Shown here piece by piece: positions 49,248-63,167 of a stretch of DNA of 64,000 nt. The translations under genes and the position numbers were made by a program. The notes below the pieces were generated by a model. That model saw only the letters and a program-made list of their open reading frames with translations. It searched no databases and was not told the DNA's origin. Numbering within the stretch: the first letter of the stretch is position 1; each line of letters starts with the position of its first letter. Origin of the DNA: Takakia lepidozioides (Eukaryota > Plantae > Bryophyta); contig CM060731.1 in the NCBI GenBank assembly GCA_030704615.1, forward strand, positions 65,658,001-65,722,000, given 5' to 3'.

Positions 49248-49934
49248 TATGTAGACCTATATACTAACCGCTCTCTATATATTTACTTTATCAGCTAAAT
49301 CTATAGACAGGAAAACATAATGGAGAATCGACGCTTTCCCCCCCTGAATTAGCTTTGCTTCCGTCGGCTCGACAGGAACATGAAGACGAGGAAACAGTGG
49401 AGAATTTGCGAGAGCCCAGCTGCTGCGAGATACCATCGTTCCTCGACAATTACTTTCTTCTCACTCGCTGTGGCCCGTACGCTATGCATCTGCTACACGG
49501 AAGCGGGATGGGTAGGCAATGTGAGAGCGGATGGATTGTAGGAAGGCGTGAGTTCAGAATTGGCAGAGCATGAAGCATCGTGGTTGCAAAGTTTTGCGGG
49601 CTTCTGTGCTGAATTGGCGGGGTGGCTTTTGAGACGCCGTCTCTTTGGAATATGCTCAGCTTGGGCATGCATATGAGGTAAGGGTGAGTGTGTATGTGCG
49701 TGTGTGCTTTTTCTGTATATAGGTTGTTGAAATTATGCACGGAGAGGAAGCATGAGCTGAAGAGTTTCCGTGTTTATTTGGGCCTTAATTGGGGCACAGA
49801 GAAAATTGTTGTAGGGATCACCAGTTGGATACATCGTCAGGAAGGACATTTGTACTGTCTGCGTATCTGAAGTGGCACAGTGGTCATCCGATTGGCACGA
49901 CTTCGTTGTGTCCAGTTTACCCCAGTGCTTCAGA

Positions 49935-49969
<35 letters not shown>

Positions 49970-50116
49970 ATCCGGGATTCGAATTCTGGGATCAGTGATT
50001 GGGCCCCACTGTAAAAGGAGAGCTTGTGGGATCAGGTCTCAGTTATCCTTTGCCTCATCATATAATTTCTCTTGTGCCTGGTCGCCTTCTCATTGTGAGC
50101 GAGAACAGATTGGAGA

Positions 50117-53100
50117 ATGGAGGTGGCTGTGAGGAGGGTAGTCATGGTTGGGGCAGCAATAATCTTGCTTCTGCTCCTTGCTCCAGCCTCGTCAGCTGCT
50201 AACACAGATGCCGAGACAGGTTAATGACTCCTCTTCTCTGGGATTCCTGTCTCTTGCAAAAGCTGATGGGGATGATGATATCCTTAGTTGAAAAATTATC
50301 ACAAACAAACTCTGCAACGTGTGGAGAGAGATACACCAATTTATGGAGGAGTTAGGCCATGAAAACTTGTCCCCTTGGTCCTAGTTGCACAGGTTGTGTC
50401 TGCTGGGCAGCTAGGAGCATTTCATAATAACCAGGGAGGCAGATTTCCATACTTGGGCCTGGTGACCTTGCAGTAAACCTAACAATCAGAGGCTGCCTTC
50501 ACTGAAAACAGATGTCTTAAGTATGCTTTCACTCATAGGGCTTGGTTCTTCCACAGGGATCGGCTATGCTTCCAACATGATCTGTAGTAGGGGAACAAGA
50601 AAGTGAAATACATGTCCAATTTAGACAGTGGTATGGTTTGGAGGAAAACTGTCTGCAGCCCATAGTTATCACACATAGGTGATACAATGCACATTTGCCC
50701 AGCACTAATGTCCAGTAGGAAATGGTTTGACTCTGCAGAAGTGGAAGTGGTCACAAAGATGTCAAATGGCTGTCGGTATAATAGAACCATGGCTCTCATC
50801 TTGTGGAGTATGCATCGGCGGTAAGGGCCCCATTCCTGTTTTTTGTGCTATTGTTCCTTTCGACTAATTATGGAATCTTTTGATATGGTTTGTGTCTCCT
50901 GACAAAGTGGCAAATGTTTTGGATAGGTCTACATAGAAGATGAGCTTGCACTGCTCTCTTGGAGCTGCTCACGATGTGAAGATTTGACCAAGGTGGGCCT
51001 GTCGTGTGCAATTTGTGGTTCATTTTGTGGCCATGGTATTTTGTGGTTTGAACATATTTATTGTCAAACTTCGCAAGGCTTGGTGAGAAGGCGTGGACCG
51101 GAAAATCTTGGGATGCTGTGCTATTACCCAGTCCAGTGAACTTCGCTTATGAGTTATGAGAAGGAGGGAAAGTTGGAAACTATGAAAGGGAGTATTGTGA
51201 TTCTGTGTACACTGTGGGTGTATTTGTTTCTTCACTGGACCAAACGAATGAATTACAATTTGCAAAAAGGAAAATCAGATTGTCAATGGACATGATATCA
51301 TGATGGTCATACTCCGCTGCTGATTGAACTGTGTTTAAGAGCTTGTAAATGGATGGGCCTACTTGCACACATCAGGAGGTCTACTTACTTTCCACGGAGG
51401 GTTCATTGATGAATCTGGAGTTGGATCTGTGTTAATACATTATGGCAGGGATTCAAGATTCATACTCTTGTTGTGGATGTTCAACATTGCCTCCAGGTGT
51501 GCAACAGCATGCTTGAACTGCTACTCTTTGCTAATCCTCTCTTGCAGCGAGTTTTGCCTTTGGCTCATGGAGGAGAGATCAACTCGTTGGGAGGGGAAAT
51601 TTCGCATGAATTGTTCTTCGGGTAGGAAAGTAACGCACTATAATTTTTATGCATAGGCTTGCTGGAACTTCATCTATGTGCATCGCAATTCAAATATTCC
51701 AACCAAGATAAATGTGAATAACGGAGCTGGAGTGCAAGCAGTACTGATATTATACAACGTGTCTTTCGGAACATGGATGGGAAAGGAAGACAGACAGAAG
51801 CTTGGTGATTTAGATCAGGGGTCGGTCAATACCAAAAGATAATTACTGGTTAAATGCAGGCCTTTGTTGGAGTGGCGGAGAATTTGAATGCAATTGTGAT
51901 AGCATTTCGTGGCACCCAAGAAAGCAGGTATTCCCTTGATGATGGTGAATTTAGGAACAAAAGAGTTGCAAAACTACATTCAGTTGTTGTTAGTGGTTGA
52001 TATGATCAGTTTTGTCTTCCCTCTGTCACAGGTTGATAGTTGTAGAGGAGGATTTCAAGGTGTGGCAGTTAGGTGTGTGTTCACAACTAAATATATGGCA
52101 CTCGTTCTGTTCCTTCCCTCCTACTCCTTCCTCCCCTTTCCCCTCCTGAATCATGATTTTTTTCACATTTTATTGTTAAGAGATGTTGTTAAACAGATGC
52201 TTGTCCAGTGGTATCCAGAAAGATCTGCATGCTTAGAAGAGAGTTGGCTAACGCGCAGATTACTGGTGGGGATATCTGGTAGTGTGCAGAATTGGGCTGA
52301 GGACTTGTACTTTAGACAGCTTGATCTCAATATATATCCGGGTGTCACTGATGCTATGGAGGGCATTATTCACCTTCTCTCCTGCATGCCAGACAAGCTT
52401 TTAGGCATGATATCCAAACTACAGATTACTTTTTAATGTGTATGACTTGACATCTAGGACTGTACAGATTGAAGGTTTTGATTAGTCACCAAACACTGAG
52501 TCTCTAAACCCGAAATCCTGTCTCTGCCCAGCCAGATTGGACTTTAGGTACTCCCTATGAACGGGAATCACCGAGCATATGGGTGGCATGGAGCTAGCAA
52601 ACGTACGGCGTGGCCCCAACCGCAGTCTTGTTTTCCATGACGACTTGCAATTCATGATCTTGACTTGTGATCTATGTTGTGGCCAGGTACATCAAGGGTT
52701 CTATTCAGCATATCACAACACCACAGTTCGTGACAGCATACTCACTGCTGTTCAAGCTATACAACAGGAAAGGGATGGGCTCCACTTCTTGGTCACAGGC
52801 CACTCAATGGGAGGGGCTATGGCTTCCTTTTGTGCACTTGATCTCGCTGTACGTTTGGTCATCTCCCTCTCATCCCAGGCTTGCAAGGGCTCAAAACTTT
52901 CTTGTCATCAGACAATCAGTCAAGCTTGCTGAATTGTGAACTAGCTCCAAAATGAGAAGCAGGTCCCTTTGCTCAACACAAATACTTTTGCAGGCACAAA
53001 GGGTTTAAGCAAGTCCTGGCTCATAGAGATTTGACTGGGTCCTAACCTGTTGGTCTAAGCCAAATAACTGGTATCAGTAGTGATACTGGTCGAAGGAAGG

Positions 53101-54510
53101 GACAATACTCTCTGTCATCTTCTACTCCCTAAACAATAGTGCTTCCTTGCAGGCGAACTATGGTGTTCAAGACATTGAGATTATCACATTTGGGCAGCCA
53201 CGAATTGGGAACTCTGTGTTTGCAGTATATTACAATGAGCTTGTCCCTCGGACTATTCGAATGACACATGCCAACGATCTGGTGCCACATCTGCCTCCCT
53301 ATTACACTCTGATAGGCCCACGTTCCTACCATCATTTTGCAACTGAGGTATGTGTGGTGGCGGTCAATCATTTCTGTATGTTCAGAGCTTATGCTAAATT
53401 TGGCAGAAGTGTGGACCTTTTTTAAAGAATGTTTTTCTAGGAACATGAATGTGTCTATTCAGTTGGAGAGTCTCAATCTTGTCATATATTGAGATGCTAC
53501 TGGCTATATGCAATTTTGTTGCTGATGTTCTTTGTTCACACTTGGTAGGTTGGTTTGGTTTTTGCTTCAGGGGCTTTGTTTGTCAATAGTGCAATCAGTC
53601 TGTCCTTGCATGAGTACAGTTATGTATTCATACATATATTGTGTGCTTCATGTATCATGTATTCGACTGACATATTCTAAATTTTGCTTGCTTGATGCAC
53701 AGGGTGACATCCAGCTAATATTATCGGTTAGGTTAGAATGTTGAGTATACGTGAATAGAGATTGATGCATCAAAGTTGATGCAGGTGTGGCTCTTCAAGA
53801 TTGCTGTGGGTCGTCTGCAGTATGAGTTTGAGCGGGTTTGTGACAGTTCTGGAGGACCCTACCTGTAGCAGGTCGGCTTTCTTTCATCTCTTCCACTTGG
53901 CATTCTATCTTCCTCTTTCTCTTTCCCTCTCAACACTCCCTTCTAGTCAGTCAAAACCATGGGGTGTACCTCTACTGAAAGGTTGCTGAAAGAAAGAATG
54001 CAAACAATGTTCCATTTAGAGAACAGGAGCACTATCACTGACATTGAATTCATTATGTGAACAATGGATTTTTGGAAGATTTCAGTCTGTTTCTACAGCT
54101 TCAAAAGACCATTTAATTCCTCTACTGGGGTTGGAGTGTTCCATCTGAGAAGGTTGCTTGGGCACACCTGTACAGACCATTGCGGGTTTTCCAGATGAAA
54201 TTACTATTTTGTTACTCTGCGGACTACTATCTAGCTCAAGGGCTACCTGCAGAGTAACAGACGAGGGGTGGACGGCAGGGAATTAAGGGGAGAAGAGCAG
54301 GCATAGTGTGCTTATTTGTGGTTCTCACATTCATTTCGAGTCTTATGAATCCTGATATTTATGTGCCTGTTGGCTATGGGAACGGTGCAGGTCAGTCAAA
54401 GGCAACAGCATTTCGGATCATCTCAACTACCTTGGTGTCTACCTTAGGACTGAAGACAATATAATGGCCAAGACACTGAATTCTCAAAGGGAAATCTTTG
54501 CTTAATTCCA
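50117..54510 (+). CDS. Class-3 lipase, copy 2 (apparent 1-bp frameshifts)
   Basis: Same exons as copy 1, with single-base losses near 50800 and 53850. Confidence 0.85.
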
Positions 54511-57429
54511 ACCTGGATGTTCCCGGCAAGCCCAGGAAAGCCACAAATGGGAGCTTATTGTAGCACATGCAACGTGCTTAGGTGTTCTGCATCATGGCTG
54601 CATCATGGTTGTTCGGGCCATTATCTTGCTGGTTATGTACTACCATCCATTTGTACAGTCAGACGTACGGTCCTATCAGACCAAAGAGAGGTCCTGAAGG
54701 TCAAGGTGCGTTCTCCGTCATTGGAAATTATTGTTGACATTTATTTACATGAAGGGTGACTTCTGCCAACCCACACTTTGGGTAGTTGAAGAGTGACACC
54801 CACTTTACTATAGTGGGTTCAACCAGATGTGCATGACAACTACAATTTATCAAAGAGATCTGTTGCCGCTAGCTGACTGAGAACCATCCAACTTCCTGAT
54901 TGCACAGGAGTCTCAACCACCTGTCTTGAATATTACCCCCGATCACTTTGGAGTCGGTGGGGTTGGCCCCATGAAAGCAGCATGGTGATTGTAGGCATCC
55001 ATTGTTACGAAGGTACCACATGTCCTGCGAACATTGGCCGCTTCGGAAGGGATGAGGATGCGAGGTCTGACATTAGAGTGATTTAGTGGTGACAAGTTGA
55101 TGCGGTTGCTGGCAGAGTCGGGGAATTGCTGAAGGGATGATTATTGGTTGGTGTCTCTTCAGCAGTTGAAATTGCTAATTGTCCAGGTTGGAATCCCCAA
55201 CACATTAGCATCCCTATGGGGTGCTTCATGAGCACTCTACAACTAGCCAACCTAATGTTGGAAAGGGGATTCGGACATACTTGGTACAGGCCATTGAAAC
55301 TGACCACGATTTTGGGTCAGCAGAAGAAGATTCAAGCAACTTCCATTGTGAGTGGCCACTGCCCATGATAGTTTCTTATTGTTTGGTGTTGGAGCACCAG
55401 CACCACATTGTAGTCTGATTTACATATTTGAGATCAGCGGTACCAATGGGCTTGGTCCTTGCTCTCTTTGATCTCTGAAATTGAAAAGGCTTGACTGGTT
55501 TGGTTCTATACCGTCTTTTTATGTGCTAGACATGACCCAAGCTGCAAACATGAGTGGATCTTGGTTGCTATGGCTCCCAATCCAAATGCTCAGAGAAATA
55601 ATTGATAACGATTGAATAAAGGCAAAAAAGAAAAACTCAGATATCATCCCTGCCAAGTATTTTAAACTCTTGTACATACATGTGGAAAACCACACATCGC
55701 ACAGGAATCCGTGACATGCCGTAACCAAATCTATGTGTTCACCATCAGCTACGTTTCTAGTAGTGCCTCCAAATTGCATTCAGTTTGGTGCACAATACTA
55801 TGCTTGAATTCTCCGCAGAACAACAAATCTTTAGCCATCATCTCCTCTCCAAGTGGCCAACAATAGAAACTTTCTGGTCCTTACAACCACAACATCCTCC
55901 ACTACTAGGCTGTTTCAAGGAAGTCCTCAAATGTCTTACAGTAGGCAGTCTTTGTGGCTTACAAGTGCTGGAATTGTGCCTTTTGTTATAACTTTTTCTT
56001 TGGTTCAAAAGCTTCAGGGAGCGACTCTCCTAATACATTGCAGCTGTCTCAGCGCCTGCCAGCGGTGCCCTGAGTTCTGTAATCTTGATATATGGCCTAA
56101 CCTGTTCTGCAGTCTGAAGTCACAGTTTCTCTGGTCCATCCTTACCCTCTATTGAAAGACAGTCTATGTCGTCATGCACCGAATCCCAATGCGCTTGAAG
56201 CATTCTTTCAATGCTGTTTCTTTGTGAGAACCCACATGTATCCTACAACGCACATTCAACATTGAAAAGATCAGGTCACGAAATTGCAATTGCCCATCCT
56301 CTTCTCTCACTGCACGCTTCCTGCCATTGTCAATTTGGGATGGTGAAGCTGACGCTTTCATTCTAAGTTGTCTATGCTTGATTAACCAGATTGATTTCAG
56401 CAGGAGTACGTTGGTGGATGGGGGATCATGGGAGACCTTTCCCATTGCAGGAGCACTTCAAGATGCTGACGTAAATTTATATGTTCGTTTCCTTTCCCGG
56501 GAGCTGACTGCGAAATCAAAGGCCGAGCTCAAACTCAGACGACAACGATGCAAACTGCAGTGAACAGAAGAACAACCGCAGCACAGAACGCTTTTGAATG
56601 ATTATAACACCAAAATATGTGTTATGAATTTTTCTACTTTGCGAAGCTTGGAATCACTCCCTCACCCACACTGCCCTTCGAAGCTACAAACCTTGCAAGA
56701 AAGTTTTTCTGCAAGATCGTCGCTACCGCTTTTGTACATTCCATCACCCGTAAAGCGTGCGGTGAGGGTGGATCGAACGCGGCCTTCAGATCTTCAATCA
56801 CGTTCATGCCACATAAGAGTCGCAAATCCAACAAAGAATAACCCTACGTCTAACTCTTTCTTTACCCAGTCCACCTTTCTGCTTAAGGCTGCACTAAAAG
56901 ACAAGGAGAGTTGGGTATCTGAAGTTCAGTCTCCGAAATACATATTCAGGACGCTTTGCGTCGAAAGAAGTACCATGTCAGATGCCAGTCGTGTGCAATC
57001 ACTCATTCTCACTTCCTTACTGGCAGTTTAGGCTGTCCTATGGGTCCTTCCTAAGTACCTAGACAAATCCTAACTTAAACTCCTCAAGTAGCTTCAATGA
57101 AACTCATCTAGAGGAGGACAGTCTTGACATGAGTTAAGAAAGAGAACTTCAGAATTAAAAAGATATTCTGCGGAAATTGAGCAATCTCAGGCTTTACAAA
57201 TTCGACAATGCACTTCGATCCAGATGTTACACGTGAGCAATCGACATTCACTGTATTGGATATACACTTGGGCATCTCAAGACGCTCAAGGGGATCAGGT
57301 CCAGAAGCTATAGTAAGCTACTCAAGCAGAGCGACCCTCCCAGCCAACAGCCTGGAGGAGATCAAGCAAGGATGACTGAACGAAATGTGGTGTCGTGCAA
57401 TTCATTGATCGCATGATATGCCCAGCATG

Positions 57430-59924
57430 TTGTCATAGGGAGTGCAATGAACAAAATATCGGCGACGTGTAGAGTGGGACGTGAGCGTGGGTCATAGATG
57501 TGGTTGCTCACGCAGTACATGATACCCTGCCTCCCGAGCAATAGATGTCACCGCATCGAACCATATCATAAGACGCAGTGCGCTCACCACCACATGGACA
57601 GCGGAGGAGATGGATGGCAAGGTCATCGATGGGCTGAAGACAGACGCAGCGCTGAAAGCCCAATGCCGAAGGATGAGACAAACCGAGTCGAAGGCGGAGC
57701 GCAATAGTGAAAATAGGGGATGAGAGGTGAAAAGGTGCGATAGTGGGTCGTGTTGCCAACCATGCTCCTGCTCCGGGTCTTGCGCATGATAGAAGTCGGG
57801 CTCGATGCAACTCAGAAGAAGCACTTGAGAGCATGCCGGAAAAGAAATGACGGTGTACGCGCTCAGAAATGGACTCGTGAAGATGGTCGAGGCCTTGAGC
57901 AACCAACTGCTCAAATGGTGGTAGACATGCTCGCGCCAGTGCCGGAAGAAGATCTCGTGCAGAGCGGAGATGCTGCTAGAAGGGTAAAATGTCACTGTCG
58001 ACATGTGTAACGGCGTCCATAAGGATGGGATGATGGTCACAGAGAAATCATGAAGCGAGGGCTGGCGCCACCAACGCCCAACTGTCGATGAAAGCTGACG
58101 GGGCGGTAGTGACAGTGGACAAAAGACCCACACCACCGGAAGAGACGGGCAGGGTGGCTTGCTGTCGTGGCAAAAGTCCCTGAGCACCCTCCAGAGCTCC
58201 TGGTCCTAACAATCTCCCGAAGATAGTTATCATGGTAGTATTAAACCCAGATAAGAGGTGTAGGAAATCTGGGCTGGGTGGAACAGTGCGCAAGAGATAT
58301 GAGTGACGTTGAAGGAAACATTTGGTCAAGATTCCATATGCTACATGTACATCTCCGAGCCTAGGAAGGAGATCGGTGTGGGTGGCATCCTGGTGGAGTG
58401 CATCGGAGTGCATCTTCCAAGAAGGATGTTGTGAATTGGGTGGTGCCAAAAGGGACTCCCAGGATTTTGATGTCATTGGGCGGAACAATGAAGTGAGCAT
58501 GGAGGACAAAATCTGCAGGGAAACCGGACGGAGACCACACCGCACATTTTGCGAGGTTGCACTGAAAAGCCCACGGCAGAGAGTTGGGTGACAAAATGAT
58601 GGTAAGCTGAAAGTACCTGTGAGGCAGGGCCTACAATATGCGTGTCGTCTGCCATCGACGGAAAAAGACAACATGAGTATACTTGTGCAGAAGCCGTGAG
58701 GGCGCTGACATGAGCCATGGCAAACAAAGGTTCTCGTAAAGGGTCGCCTTGGCGGGTCCCAACCTCAGACTGAATGATGGAGCACTCACCTAGGCGAGAA
58801 TGATGACTGTAGTATTGGGAGTGGTGGATGCATAGAGTAATCGAACAAACGGAATGAGCTGGTGGAAATCTCCTCCGACTGAACGGAGCTCCTGAAAGAT
58901 AGCCGCTCGTGACAGTGTTGAAAGCGTTGGTGATGTCGACCTGGAGAACCACCCAATCCGGATGAAGATCAAGAGCTGCACAAATCCCCTGAACCACCGC
59001 CTCGCAACCTCCTGGAGTGGCGACCCTGAACTGGTGTGGAAAGAGGTGTCCGGAGAAGGCATCTCGAAACTGAAGACAAAGTGAGCAGCTGACAAGGTGG
59101 TAAAGAACCTCTCCAACTACGATAGGGCGGATGCCAGTACCTGAGGGTTTGCTCATAGCCAACCATCTAGAGGCCCCAAGGAAACGGGCCATTGGGCAGA
59201 GATACGGCCAGCAGCAATAAAGGATCAACTCTGAAATAGCTGAGAGAAGCCACTAGCAGAGTCCGGTGGAGAGAAACAGTCGCGTAAGTGCTCATACAAG
59301 AGACCGGAAGGACCTGCCGCTGCAAGATGGGGACTGCGCGTGAAAGCCTGGGGACAGATGGGGACAGAATATCCTGAGCTGATGGGTGAAGGGCTTTGGG
59401 GGCAGTGACAGTATCCGGTGATGGAGGCGCTGGTGAGGAAGGTGCTAAAGCCTTGGCCGCGCGTGAATACTCGCCAACACGGCCTAACATGAGACTATGA
59501 CGAAGTCACATGTGGGCCGATGAGGGTGGCTGCGTGGAGGAAGCGGGAGGGGCGCGTGCCGCAAGGGCTAGTGCCCGTAATTAATGCTCATCTTGCAGAC
59601 TCTCCCAATCTCCAGATAAAAAAACGGCGAAGACGAATGCGCGTCTCTCTGTGCCCTGACTGACCGTCACGAGGGGGCAAAACCAAACACCACTAAGGAA
59701 ATAACAAGAAAACATACCATGCTGGTATATCATCAGGATCACGAGCCAGAATGTCTAAGGGCAGACGGAGTGCCAGTTGGACCTCATGACGCAGTGCCAC
59801 CGGAATTCTTGTATAAAGACGGGGCCTTGGCAGTCCTAGCTGAAATGCGCCCAGAACATCTAGCGCTGAAAGCCAATGCCATGCAGAGGCAAGAGGTAGC
59901 GCATGCAAGACACTGGGCTGAAAT
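57430..59924 (-). mobile_element. CRE-like LINE RT region, duplicate copy
   Basis: Collinear with 33790-36224. Confidence 0.88.
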
Positions 59925-62179
59925 CAACGACGCAATGGCGTGAGCGTTGCGTGTGAGTGCGCGAGCGTACGCTCACGCAGGATGACGTGGCGTGAGCGTA
60001 CGCTCACGCCAGCTGACGTGGCGTGAGCCTGCACACACGCTGACGTGGCGTGAGCGTCATGTCAACATGCTGATGTGGCGGTAAATGATGACTGGCACTG
60101 TCCGTCATCTGCCACGTTAGCATTAACATGCGCCGCCTATAACCGAGGATGGTCCTATGACCGTGGAATTAATGTGGGAATCTTGCCTAAATAGAATCAA
60201 GACGAGCGTTGAGGCCTACAATTGCAGCATCCAACATTGTGCAATTACAAATGCTTGTTTCACTTTTACAATTACGAGGACGAAAAAATATCCTCACAAA
60301 GTGTGCGCCATAAAGGCTGCCACGGGAAGACCTTCCTCCCTCCTCAAATAACAATGAAAGTTAGGATCATCTTCAAAAGATGATTGTAGTGCATAGCGAC
60401 AGCAAGACATGTAGACTTCGAACGGTGCAATGACAAATGTGCACTACCTAAAAGTTGTCACTCAGAGCTCACTCCGTATAGTTGGAGGCCATATCATTGC
60501 ACCGCCGACGAATTGATGTGAATTACACATTTCAAATCATGGTCGTCCACATACCACATTGCATAGTTGATGCTACCCATGTGTTGTATCCCGCTGCAAT
60601 AGAGTATCGACCTCGTTGAAACTCATAGTGGCCTGGTGAATGAAGTTGTCACGTTTGGGATCGCAAACCATCCTCTTCAAAAATATGAAATACAAATGTT
60701 TGCAGGGTATGAATTTACCTCTCTTGCCCAAACTGGTTGATAGCATATTCACAAAATCAGGACATGTGCAATTGGGGAAATTGGAAACCGTGATGTCGTA
60801 GGTCCTGTCATGAACAGTAGATGTGGAAGTGATGATTGTGAATACCCGACCATATCCTGGATGTGGTACTTCCGTGGTGCTTCCAACACGAGCTTGGAAC
60901 ATTCTTGCGGACTCCACTTTGCCAAAGTGTTCAGCGGTTGGAGGGAAACGCCGAACGAGCTTTCCATCTCGTTTGGTTGGCCACAAGTCAGGATTTGTCG
61001 GGGGGACCCGGGAGGATGCAGAAGTAGTAGCACATGCATGGAGTTGGGGTTGTCTCGCAAGGGAAAACCTGCCTCCTCCAGCATTACAATCTCCTGAAAG
61101 CTCAGATGTGTTCCCACCTTCACGGGCCAATCGGTTGGAGGAGATGGCTTCATCACTACGGAAGGACGCACAGTTCCATGCACACATCTGGCACAATCAT
61201 CTACGCAGAACCAGAACTTGTGGTTCTTGGCTTCTGGTTGACCGTATGGACGCATCAAGCCCGTGAAAGTCGGAGCAGGAGTTCGGGCATCACCTCTGGA
61301 TATAGATGAAGTGCACTTCTCGAAATTAGTTGCCCTGATCGTTGTACATTTCACACGAGACCCTACACTTGTGCGTTCTATGTGCCAAACGTGGTCGGGG
61401 CATGCGGACTCAAGCACATCAAGGGGGTTGTTTCTCTCCTGCACCATTTCAGTGGCACTGTTTGATGCTGGAGCTTGCCGTCGTGTTGGAGGTTCCTCCA
61501 CAATGGAGGTTCCGGACATGGAGCTGTCATGCAGGGGAACACGAGGCTTCGAGAAGTTATCACGGTCTGCCCTGTGGGAATCTGAATCCGAACCAGGTGG
61601 AGTGTTCAATTTCCTCTTACAGGAGCCGAATCTCTCCTCCCCTTCAAGATGTGGAACTCTAGAAACAAGTGGCGTTCCCTGGGCATACATGCTCACCGCC
61701 CATGCTATCTTGATTGGATCCCCAGATCTGTTTGCAGCACGCAACATCAACTCCCATTTGTCCGGACCCGCCACCAACCCCACCTCGTAAGAAAACACGG
61801 TATCAGGTTTGTTGTTGCAAGGCACGTATCAAATCGTCTGTTGTTGCCACATACAAATCCCCGACCTCGTTTCCCAGACTGCTGCAACCATGCGTTGTGC
61901 ACAGTTTCTGCCAAATTGCAAGATGGCATGTCCGCCATTTCCTCAATGGACATGTTCTGCAAAGTGCAGAACCACACTTCAAAACAGTGAACAAAAAACA
62001 ACATAAAGAAATCGAGGACACAATAAAATGGAAAGCAAATGTATGAATAAAGCAATAAATATAAGCCTCGTACCAATGGCATGGTTGTTCCCCACTGTCT
62101 ATACCGGAAGTGCCAAAACGCCAGCCAATCTTCCAATGCTCTCATATTCTCAAGTGATGCAGCCCCAGAAGAGAACCAC
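59925..62179 (-). mobile_element. Left arm of the Mutator-like element (copy C) with transposase 3' half including SWIM
   Basis: Collinear with 36225-38447 and preceded by CTGGGCTGAAAT at 59913-59924. Confidence 0.88.
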
Positions 62180-63167
62180 GTCAGCTGGCGTGAGCGTACG
62201 CTCACGCCACGTCACTCCTGCGTGAGCGTACGCTCGCGCACTCACACGCAACGCTCACGCCATTGCGTCGTTGATTTCCGCCCAGTGTCTTGCACGCGCT
62301 ACCTCTTGCCTCTGCATGGCATTGGCTTTCAGCGCTAGATGTTCTGGGCGCATTTCAGCTAGGACTGCCGAGGCCCCGTCTTTATACAAGAATTCCGGTG
62401 GCACTGCGTCATGAGGTCCAACTGGCACTCCGTCTGCCCTTAGACATTCTGGCTCGTGATCCTGATGATATACCAGCATGGTATGTTTTCTTGTTATTTC
62501 CTTAGTGGTGTTTGGTTTTGCCCCCTCGTGACGGTCAGTCAGGGCACAGAGAGACGCGCATTCGTCTTCGCCGTTTTTTTATCTGGAGATTGGGAGAGTC
62601 TGCAAGATGAGCATTAATTACGGGCACTAGCCCTTGCGGCACACGCCCCTCCTGCTTCCTCCACGCAGCCACCCTCATCGGCCCACATGTGACTTCGTCA
62701 TAGTCTCATGTTAGGCCGTGTTGGCGAGTATTCACGCGCGGCCAAGGCTTTAGCACCTTCCTCACCAGCGCCTCCATCACCGGATACTGTCACTGCCCCC
62801 AAAGCCCTTCACCCATCAGCTCAGGATATTCTGTCGCTCTTTGTCGAGGACTTCGAGCCAGACCAGGATCTCAAGCTAGATCGGGAGGTTTTCACTGAGG
62901 CTTTCACGCGCAGTCCCCATCTTGCAGCGGCAGGTCCTTCCGGTCTCTTGTATGAGCACTTACGCGCCTGTTTCTCTCCACCGGACTCTGCTAGTGGCTT
63001 CTCTCAGCTATTTCAGAGTTGATCCTTTATTGCTGCTGGCCGTATCTCTGCCCAATGGCCCGTTTCCTTGGGGCCTCCAGATGGTTGGCTATGAGCAAAC
63101 CCTCAGGTACTGGCATCCGCCCTATCATAGTTGGAGAGGTTCTTTACCGCCTTGACAGCTGCTCACT
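62176..63167 (+). repeat. Inverted copy of the MULE left terminus plus adjacent LINE
   Basis: Reverse complement of about 60021-59080, with CCAC microhomology at the junction. Confidence 0.9.

Larger units (their letters stand above)
46561..62179. repeat. Tandem duplication unit 2 (lacks element B and the 27526-33630 block; truncated inside the MULE)
   Basis: The junction at 57277/57278 joins the equivalent of 27525 to the equivalent of 33631. Confidence 0.9.

Noticed and set aside
46561-62179. Treating the duplication as a pure assembly artefact
   Set aside because: The units differ by a TSD-verified insertion, a 6.1 kb indel and substitutions. Stitched haplotypes cannot be excluded without read data.
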